Positions 57,092 through 64,000 of a stretch of DNA of 64,000 nucleotides are shown piece by piece. The position numbers and the translations under genes were made by a program. The stretch covers positions 32,949 to 96,948 of the forward strand of contig CAZAMP010000006.1 of NCBI GenBank assembly GCA_964486455.1, in the 5' to 3' direction. The notes below the pieces were generated by a model, which worked only from the letters and a program-made list of their open reading frames with translations, ran no database searches and was not told the DNA's origin. The DNA comes from an uncultured bacterium. GTDB taxonomy: Bacteria > Eisenbacteria > RBG-16-71-46 > CAZAMP01. The stretch's first letter is position 1; every line of letters starts with the position of its first letter.

Positions 57092-59014
57092 CTACGTATA
57101 GTCCAGATACCCCTTCAACCGCCGCATGCGCGTCGGATGCTGAAGCTTCCGAAGCGCCTTCGCCTCGATCTGCCGGATCCGCTCGCGCGTGACGTTGAAG
57201 AACGCCCCCACCTCTTCGAGGGTACGGGGCATCCCATCTTCGGTGAGCCCGAAACGAAGCCGGATGACCTTGGCCTCGCGCTTCGTGAGCGTGCAGAGAA
57301 CCTTCTCGACCTCTTCCTTCAGCATCGCCTTGTACGCGGACTGCGCCGGAGAGATGACGGTCGTATCCTCGATGAAGTCGCCGAGGTTCGAGTCATCGTC
57401 TTCGCCGATGGGACGGTCGAGTGAGATCGGCTCCTGCGCCGATTTGAGCACACTCTTGATCTTCTCCGGCGGCATATCCAGCCGGTCAGCGATCTCTTCG
57501 GGCTGCGGCTCGCGACCGAGCTCCTGCAAGAGCCGGCGCGACGTCTTCACGACCTTGTTGATCGCCTCGATCATGTGCACCGGTACACGGATCGTCCGCG
57601 CCTGGTCAGCGATCGCCCGCGTGATGGCCTGCCGGATCCACCAGGTGGCGTAGGTGGAGAACTTGTAGCCCTTCTTGTAGTCGAACTTCTCCACCGCGCG
57701 CATCAGTCCGGAGTTCCCCTCCTGGATGAGATCGAGAAACTCGAGACCACGGTTCGTATAGCGCTTCGCGATCGAGATCACGAGACGGACGTTCGCCTCG
57801 ATCATCTCCTTCTTCGCCTTCTCTTTTCGCGCTTCGCTCGCCTCGATCCGCTTCACGACGGCGTAGAACTCGCTGAGCGGCATCCGACACTCGGTCTCGA
57901 CCATCCGGATCTTTCGCATCCCCATCATGTAGCGACGCTCGGCATCCTCCAGGGCATCCCGATCGAAACCGGTCTTCTTGCGGACAGCGGTCGCGGCCTG
58001 AGTCGAACGCTTCATCTTGCGCAGAAGCGCGGTGACCTCGTCGCTCGCCAGCTTGTACTCGCGGAAGGTCCGGTGACGCTCCCGCTCAGCATCCTTGGCA
58101 TGCTCGCACAACCTCTTCAAACGATCCGACAGGCTCTCGATCAGCTTCGGGTTCAGCGTGATCTCGGAGAGCTTCTTGACGAGATCCTCGCCGTGGGCGT
58201 GCTCCTTCTCCTTGGCCCGGTCCATCTTCGTCCGGACCTTCTCGAGCTTCTTCTTGAAGTCCTCGATTTGATTCTCGTAGCGCGTGATCGTGGCCTTGTG
58301 GGGCTTCTTGCTCTTCTTCTGCTTCTGAAGGCGCGTCATGCAGTCGTCGATCTTCTCATCGACCTTGGCCTGCTCCTTCGCCACCTTCGAAACCTCACCG
58401 CGCGAACGCCTGAGCTTCGTCTCGTGGATCTTGTGGGCCCGATCGACGACGCGAAGGACCTTTTTCGATTCCTTCTTGGATGAGAAGCCGGCCGTCCAGG
58501 CGCCGTAGTCGACCTGAATGAAGTTCTCGAGCTTCATCCGCTCTTCGACGATCAACTCTCTGTACTTCATGAGCTCACGGTCGGCCCATGCCGTTCGGAA
58601 AATCGCAGAGCATATCGCCTTTTCGGCGTCCTCGATCCGCATGGCGATCGCGACCTCACCTTTGCGGTCGAGCAGCGGAACGCGGCCCATCTCACGCAAA
58701 TACATGCGGACCGGGTCGTCGTAGCGCACGGCCTGCTGCTGCGGCGTCTGCTTCTCGAGCTGCTTTTGGTCCTGTATTTTGCGCGCCGAGCGGATTCGCT
58801 TGAGCGCCTCTTCACGAGACTCGAAGACCTCTATCTTGATCTCGCCGAGAAGATGGAACGCCTCGTCCATCGAATCGACCATCGTGACCGGGTCGACCGG
58901 ATCGAACTGCAGTGCATCCTCCACCTGGTCATAGGTGACGTAGCCTTGTCGCACCGCGACCTTCTCCAGACCCTTCAAACGCTTTTTGACCGCGGCCTTC
59001 ATTCTGATCATCAC
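57092..59014 (-). CDS. rpoD: RNA polymerase sigma-70 factor RpoD
   Basis: Regions 2-4 ([69 protein letters not shown]). 640 aa. Confidence 0.93.
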   Translation of the reverse strand: MMIRMKAAVKKRLKGLEKVAVRQGYVTYDQVEDALQFDPVDPVTMVDSMDEAFHLLGEIKIEVFESREEALKRIRSARKIQDQKQLEKQTPQQQAVRYDDPVRMYLREMGRVPLLDRKGEVAIAMRIEDAEKAICSAIFRTAWADRELMKYRELIVEERMKLENFIQVDYGAWTAGFSSKKESKKVLRVVDRAHKIHETKLRRSRGEVSKVAKEQAKVDEKIDDCMTRLQKQKKSKKPHKATITRYENQIEDFKKKLEKVRTKMDRAKEKEHAHGEDLVKKLSEITLNPKLIESLSDRLKRLCEHAKDAERERHRTFREYKLASDEVTALLRKMKRSTQAATAVRKKTGFDRDALEDAERRYMMGMRKIRMVETECRMPLSEFYAVVKRIEASEARKEKAKKEMIEANVRLVISIAKRYTNRGLEFLDLIQEGNSGLMRAVEKFDYKKGYKFSTYATWWIRQAITRAIADQARTIRVPVHMIEAINKVVKTSRRLLQELGREPQPEEIADRLDMPPEKIKSVLKSAQEPISLDRPIGEDDDSNLGDFIEDTTVISPAQSAYKAMLKEEVEKVLCTLTKREAKVIRLRFGLTEDGMPRTLEEVGAFFNVTRERIRQIEAKALRKLQHPTRMRRLKGYLDYT

Positions 59015-59019
59015 CCCTT

Positions 59020-60795
59020 TCAGTGCGTCAGGGACGATTGCCCATCCCGCCAGAGTTCGTCCAGCCTCTGATTCACGAGCTGAAGTCGCTCGAGAAGGGC
59101 TTGCTCCTGCCGGCGGTCACCACCTTTGGCCGCCTCGCCGAGCTTCGAGCGAATACGAGTCCGCTCGGATTCCAGCGCAATTTGCGGGAGCTGTCTTACG
59201 AGATCCTTTTCCAGACGGAAGAGCCGCTCCTGAGGCAGCGGGCCTTCCGAGGCGAGTTCCATCAGAAACTCGCGCAGCACCGGGTCCTTCACCTGGTCCC
59301 GGTACGCCGATGGCGGTTGCGGTTCCGCCGCCTTGGCCACTTCATCGAGTAAGGCCAACACGTCCGGTCGAACCCGCTTCGCCAGCGCCCGCTTGAGATC
59401 CGGGCGCTCGATGAGATCCTTAACCTCCCCCCAGAAGTCCGGATCCTGAAGGCACGCCCTCAGGAGATCCGCTTCCAAGCCACGAGGCGGCATGCCTCCC
59501 GCCTTCGTCGGAGTCACATGGGATTTCGTCGGCCGCTTGCCGGCCGCGATCCGCTCGACCTCGTTCGCGAATGTCTGCTCATCGAACCGAAATGCCTCTG
59601 CCGCCTGGGCGGCCATGTCCCTCCGCGGGATCGCTTCGGGGATGAGCGCAACGAGCTTCGCGAGTCGTTCGAGCGCCGCCGGCTTGGGCTCTCCCTTCGA
59701 TTGAACGTGAAAAAACTTCACAAGGTTCGCGCGTGTCGCGAGGGCCTTCGAAAACGCCTCGCCTCCGCCCTTTCGAACGATGTCATCCGGATCCTGCTCC
59801 CCCGGCAACGGGACCGCTTGGACCCGGGCGCCGGACGGAAGAAGGACCTCGAAACCTCTGAGCGCGGCGCGGATACCCGCGTCGTCCCCGTCGAAGACGA
59901 AGACGACCTCTGGGGCGAAACGCGCCAGCAGGCGTGCGTGCTCGCTCGTGAGAGACGTTCCGCACGTGGCGACCGCGTTCGAGACGCCGGCCTGGTGAAG
60001 GGCGAGCACATCCATGTATCCCTCGACCACCAGCACCTGCTTTTCTTCGCGAATGGCCCGCCGCGCATGGCTCAAGCCATAGAGAACGCGGCTCTTGCGG
60101 TAGAGGGGCGTTTCGGGGGAGTTCAGGTACTTCGGCTCCCCGGGCCCCAGGATCCGGCCTCCGAAGGCCACGACACGTCCGGATGTCGACAGGATCGGGA
60201 AGATCACACGATCCCGAAAACGATCGTAGTGCCCGCGCTTTCCTTGAATTGCGAGCCCGGCGCGCTCCAGCGCGGCGCCGTCGCGTAGCCGGGAGAGGGC
60301 ATTCAGCAGTCCGTCCCAGCCAGGGGGTGCGAAACCGACACGAAACGTCTTGATGGTCTCCTCGGAGAGGCCGCGGTCGGTGAGGTATGACCGGGCGCGA
60401 TGTCCCTCCGCCGAGGCGAGTTGGCGCTCGAAGTACCGGGTCGCCATCTCGAGTGTTTCGCTTAGTTCCGCGATCCTCCGGTCCTCGGCCTCATCCGCTT
60501 CACGCCGAGGGACTTCAATACCCACCTTCTCTGCCAACAGGCGGACCGTCTCAGGGAAGGAGAGATTCTCAGTCTTCATGACGAAGTCGAAGACCGACCC
60601 ACCCTCGCCGCACCCGAAGCAGTGGAAATTCTGACTCTCTGGGAAAACCTTGAACGAGGGCGTTTTCTCCCGATGAAACGGGCAGAGTCCCGTGAAGTGA
60701 TTGCCCGTCTTCTTGAGCGTCACGAAGTGCCCGACCGTCTCCACGACGTCGCTGAGATCGCGGACCTTTTCGATCACCTCTTTCGGGATGGCCAT
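59020..60795 (-). CDS. dnaG: DNA primase
   Basis: Zinc-binding N-terminus ([13 protein letters not shown]...CFGCGEGG) and TOPRIM domain ([12 protein letters not shown]...FDGDDAG). Confidence 0.92.
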   Translation of the reverse strand: MAIPKEVIEKVRDLSDVVETVGHFVTLKKTGNHFTGLCPFHREKTPSFKVFPESQNFHCFGCGEGGSVFDFVMKTENLSFPETVRLLAEKVGIEVPRREADEAEDRRIAELSETLEMATRYFERQLASAEGHRARSYLTDRGLSEETIKTFRVGFAPPGWDGLLNALSRLRDGAALERAGLAIQGKRGHYDRFRDRVIFPILSTSGRVVAFGGRILGPGEPKYLNSPETPLYRKSRVLYGLSHARRAIREEKQVLVVEGYMDVLALHQAGVSNAVATCGTSLTSEHARLLARFAPEVVFVFDGDDAGIRAALRGFEVLLPSGARVQAVPLPGEQDPDDIVRKGGGEAFSKALATRANLVKFFHVQSKGEPKPAALERLAKLVALIPEAIPRRDMAAQAAEAFRFDEQTFANEVERIAAGKRPTKSHVTPTKAGGMPPRGLEADLLRACLQDPDFWGEVKDLIERPDLKRALAKRVRPDVLALLDEVAKAAEPQPPSAYRDQVKDPVLREFLMELASEGPLPQERLFRLEKDLVRQLPQIALESERTRIRSKLGEAAKGGDRRQEQALLERLQLVNQRLDELWRDGQSSLTH

Positions 60796-63197
60796 TAGCG
60801 GCTCCCCAGCTCGGCAATGGTTACACCGGCACCGCCCTCGTGGTGCTCGCCCAGCTTGAACTTGAGCACGCCTGAGTGCGCGGAGAGCACCTCTCCCACG
60901 CGCCGCCGAAGCACGCCCGTTCCTTTTCCGTGAATGATCCGCACTAGCCCGAGACCGCCGAAGACTGCACTATCAAGATAGCGTTCAAGCGCCCGCACGG
61001 CCTCGTCTCCGTACATCCCCCGCAAATCGAGTTCGGGCGAGACCGACTCCGCGTCGCCCATGTGCGTGGTCACTCCACCACCCTTCTTGGGCTTGTCGCG
61101 GCGAGGGGCGCGTCGAAGCTGCTTGACGGAGACCGCGAATCGGATGCCGCCCTTGAGAACATGGAGCATTCCGCGGGCATCGGGGGACTCATCGACCGTC
61201 ACGACCGACCCGAGATCGACGCTCCAGAGTTCCGACCCGGGCTTGATCTCCTCGACCGGGACCTTCGGGTAGTCGACGCCGACCTGAGGCGCCGGCTCAC
61301 GGAGCGCGGCGACTTTCTTCCTCTTCTCCCGGACCCGCTGTCCGACCTGCTCGACCGCTTTGTGCGTCACGTGTGCGCGACCCAGCTCGCGGCGCGTCTC
61401 CTTCACGACCTTCTCGGCGTCGCCGAGCATCTCCTCGGCACGCTTGGCCGCTCCGCTCTGCGCCTCGCGGAAGGCTTTTTCGGCCTCCTCGCGGCGACGC
61501 TCGGCCTCGGCGAGGCGCTCCGCCATTTGTCGCTCGGCATCTGCGAGACGACGCTCCTGCTCCTGGACCCTCGCCCTCGTCGACTCCAGGTCCGCGAGTA
61601 GCTGGTCCATACGCCTTTCCTCGCGCGACAAAAGCGATTGCGCACGATCGAGCACCGGGCGGGGAAAGCTGAGCCGTGAGGCCACATCGAACGCGCGGCT
61701 CCGGCCCGGAACACCGAAAACCAGTGAGAACTGCGGCGTCAGCGTTTCCTCATCGAACGCCATCGAAGCGTTCGCTGCGGTCTTGTGCTCGGCCGCGAAA
61801 TCCTTGAGCGATGATAAGTGCGTCGTCGCCACGATGCGGGTGGCCGGTCCTTCAAGAACCTCGAGATACGCGCGCGCCAACGCGCTCCCCTCGCCGGGAT
61901 CCGTCCCGGTGCCGAGCTCATCCAGCAGGACAAGAGATGGATCGCGCTTCTTCTCGATGAACTCGGACAGGTGGCGTAGATGCGCGGCGAACGTGCTGAG
62001 ATCGTCGAGCATGGATTGCTCGTCCCCGATGTCCGCGGCCACGGTCTGCAGAAACGGCAGCGTCGTGCCGGGCCGGCCCAGAACCGGAAGCCCGGAGACG
62101 GCCAAGAGGGCGTTGATGCCGATGGTCTTGAGCGCGACGGTCTTTCCGCCCATGTTCGGACCCGTGAGGATCAGAATCCGGGTATCCGGACCCATCGCGA
62201 GATCGAGCGGCACGATCGCCTCGCGGTCCTCCGCCGCTTCGAGCATCACCGGATGGCGGATCTTCACCATCCGAAGCATCTGGGGGTCTTCACACATGTC
62301 GGGCAGGATCATGCCGAGATCGGACGCGAGACTTCCGATGGCACGGTAGAGATCGAGACGGCCAAGCACCTCGGCGCCTACCGCGAATGCTGGCGCGATC
62401 GAACGCACCTGTTCCGACAGCTCACCGAGGATCCGGCGCTCCTCCTCGCGGGTCTCCGCCTCGCACCGGGCAAGCGCGTTGTTCTCTTCGACCACCGCGA
62501 ACGGCTCGACGAAGAACGTGTGCCCACTCGCGGACTGATCATGGACAATGCCCTGAACGCGGCCGCGCTCGCTGGCCGGGACCGGAACCACGTAGCGATC
62601 ACCCCGAAGGGTCACGTACCCGTCGCCTTCCATCTTCAGGCTGAGTCGTCGGAGGAACGATTCGAGTCGCTGCCGGATCGCCTCGCGTGTGGCCAGCGCC
62701 TGCCGCCGGAGACGCCCGAGCAGCGGCGACGCCCCATCGAGGATCTCCCCGCTGGGACCAATAGCATGGGTGATGCGGTTTTCGAGATCCCGCGAAGGCG
62801 TCAGTGCCGAGGCGAGGTCTTTCAGCTTCTCGCCGGCCTCGCTGTCCTCGATTCCGGTCTTCACCACACGGATGACGCGGAGAACGCGCGCAACTTTGAG
62901 GAAATCTTCCATGGGAAGGACCGCGCCGGGAGCGCGTACGGCATCGAGGATCGGACGTATGTCGTCGTGGGCCGCGGAGGGGAACCCACCCGCGGATTGG
63001 TGGAGCGCGATCGCCTCGTGGCAGAGTGTCTGCTCTTCCTGGAGGCGCGCGAAGTCGTCCAACGGACGCAATGCCACGGCACGCTCGCGACCCGACGCGG
63101 ATTCCGCGCGGTCCACGAACAGCTTCAGCATCCGGCCGTACTCGAGGACGTGAAGCGTGTGGTCGGTGATCAAGTTACTCCACCTTTCCAGAGACAC
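60795..63197 (-). CDS. mutS2: Endonuclease MutS2 (MutS domain plus C-terminal Smr domain)
   Basis: Walker A motif GPNMGGKTVALKTIG. C-terminal Smr (ELDLRGMYGDEAVRALERYLDSA...RIIHGKGTGVLRRRV). 800 aa. Confidence 0.9.
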   Translation of the reverse strand: MSLERWSNLITDHTLHVLEYGRMLKLFVDRAESASGRERAVALRPLDDFARLQEEQTLCHEAIALHQSAGGFPSAAHDDIRPILDAVRAPGAVLPMEDFLKVARVLRVIRVVKTGIEDSEAGEKLKDLASALTPSRDLENRITHAIGPSGEILDGASPLLGRLRRQALATREAIRQRLESFLRRLSLKMEGDGYVTLRGDRYVVPVPASERGRVQGIVHDQSASGHTFFVEPFAVVEENNALARCEAETREEERRILGELSEQVRSIAPAFAVGAEVLGRLDLYRAIGSLASDLGMILPDMCEDPQMLRMVKIRHPVMLEAAEDREAIVPLDLAMGPDTRILILTGPNMGGKTVALKTIGINALLAVSGLPVLGRPGTTLPFLQTVAADIGDEQSMLDDLSTFAAHLRHLSEFIEKKRDPSLVLLDELGTGTDPGEGSALARAYLEVLEGPATRIVATTHLSSLKDFAAEHKTAANASMAFDEETLTPQFSLVFGVPGRSRAFDVASRLSFPRPVLDRAQSLLSREERRMDQLLADLESTRARVQEQERRLADAERQMAERLAEAERRREEAEKAFREAQSGAAKRAEEMLGDAEKVVKETRRELGRAHVTHKAVEQVGQRVREKRKKVAALREPAPQVGVDYPKVPVEEIKPGSELWSVDLGSVVTVDESPDARGMLHVLKGGIRFAVSVKQLRRAPRRDKPKKGGGVTTHMGDAESVSPELDLRGMYGDEAVRALERYLDSAVFGGLGLVRIIHGKGTGVLRRRVGEVLSAHSGVLKFKLGEHHEGGAGVTIAELGSR

Positions 63198-63385
63198 GAA
63201 AGTATCAATGTCCCCAGAAAGCCCGAACAGGGCGACGTTGTACGCTACGAAACGCTAAACGATGCGTTCTTATGTCGACGATGGCCGATGGCCCCCACTG
63301 ACAGCAACACCCATGGCGTCGCCGAGCGTGGCCATTGTACGGACAGCGGATCGGGGAAGTCTGATCTCTGTCGGGAACCAAACCG

Positions 63386-63610
63386 TTAGAAGCGGGACCG
63401 AGATCTCCGTGTCTTCATCGCGGCTTTCCGTGCCCGCACCAACGCCTTCCGGCGCGCGGTCGCAACCTTGCGCTTGCGACGCTCACTCGGCTTCTCGAAT
63501 CGCTGATGCTTCCGGATGTCCGCCATGATGCCGGCCTTCTCACACTGGCGCTTGAATCGCTTCAACGCCTTTTCGAATGGTTCGTTATCCTTGACTCGGA
63601 CATGTGGCAT
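63386..63610 (-). CDS. rpsU: 30S ribosomal protein S21
   Basis: [48 protein letters not shown]... Confidence 0.92.
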   Translation of the reverse strand: MPHVRVKDNEPFEKALKRFKRQCEKAGIMADIRKHQRFEKPSERRKRKVATARRKALVRARKAAMKTRRSRSRF

Positions 63611-63745
63611 TAACGCCTCACCCCTCTTCGATTGAACGGTTTATTGGTCCCTAAGGTCTTGGTCCAACTGTCCATAGGTCAAATGACAGCCCAGAGAGGC
63701 TATCAGAGTGTCCGCCGGCAGTCAACAGGCCGCTTTCGTCGCAAA

Positions 63746-64000
63746 TCAAAGTTCCACCGCGACGAGCCGGGCCACGAGGACGAGCGCGGCCGTCTCGCTG
63801 CGGAGACGGCGAGGACCGAGATCGACGGCCGTGAAACCGGCGTTCGTCAGGAGATCCCACTCCTCGGGCGCCAGATCGCCCTCCGGACCCACGAGCCCGG
63901 CGCGATCCCGATCGCAGGCGCCGACCGAGGCTGCGCCACCCGGTCGGGCAACGAAGCGCTCAGAATCGGACCCCACGGCCGCGATCCAGTTCGCCAAGGG
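63746..64000 (-). CDS. rsmE: 16S rRNA (uracil1498-N3)-methyltransferase RsmE, C-terminal fragment (gene continues beyond the window end)
   Basis: C-terminal ...AGFTAVDLGPRRLRSETAALVLVARL resembles the RsmE terminus (LGPRILRTETAAL...). Confidence 0.6.
   Translation of the reverse strand, partial: PLANWIAAVGSDSERFVARPGGAASVGACDRDRAGLVGPEGDLAPEEWDLLTNAGFTAVDLGPRRLRSETAALVLVARLVAVEL

Noticed and set aside
1-64000. CRISPR arrays, rRNA genes, tmRNA and SRP RNA
   Set aside because: No regularly spaced identical repeats, no rRNA-like stretches and no tmRNA/4.5S conserved blocks were recognised by eye. A covariance-model scan is needed to exclude small ncRNAs definitively.

Overview
This 64-kb window is high-GC bacterial chromosome with dense coding on both strands. 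Secretin, Omp85, TamB and RseP genes indicate a diderm (outer-membrane) organism.

First 12 kb, plus strand: a compact type IV pilus / T2SS-like locus. An HD-GYP phosphodiesterase (5' partial) and a STAS anti-sigma-antagonist-like gene lead directly into pilB/gspE, pilC/gspF, a major pilin, four minor pilins (two unusually large, about 390-400 aa), pilM, pilN, pilO, pilP and a short secretin (pilQ).

12.1-14.2 kb: a DUF222/HNH ('13E12-type') endonuclease gene flanked by short direct repeats and a degenerate tandem-repeat array. This looks like a small selfish insertion.

Rest of the window, almost all minus strand: a long housekeeping run.
- SHMT-like PLP enzyme, LMW-PTP, tsaC, purE, purD, a LarA-like DUF2088 gene, gatB, gatA, gatC, uvrD/pcrA.
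- tamB and an Omp85 (bamA/tamA-like) gene directly downstream of rseP, then dxr, cdsA, uppS, frr, pyrH, tsf, rpsB, rpsI, rplM.
- mtnA, maf, dtd, a small secreted hypothetical, relA/spoT, recJ.
- A four-gene envelope operon of unknown function: lipoprotein beta-propeller, PEGA-domain protein, PQQ beta-propeller protein, and a roughly 950-aa protein combining an HExxH domain, a TolB-like propeller and a beta-barrel.
- RNase P RNA (rnpB), which the ORF track misses and which overlaps the annotated start of the 1046-aa ORF.
- rnhA, a COG1579-like Zn-ribbon protein, tRNA-Val and tRNA-Met with an intrinsic terminator.
- A plus-strand secreted beta-helix protein, then rpoD, dnaG, mutS2, rpsU and the 3' end of rsmE.

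A 14-bp motif TTTGTACCCGGGTA occurs three times, twice at the 3' end of the HNH gene and once as a perfect 18-bp palindrome downstream of rpoD.

No CRISPR array, integrase or transposase was seen. Many long ORFs in the six-frame track are antisense or alternate-frame artefacts of high GC.
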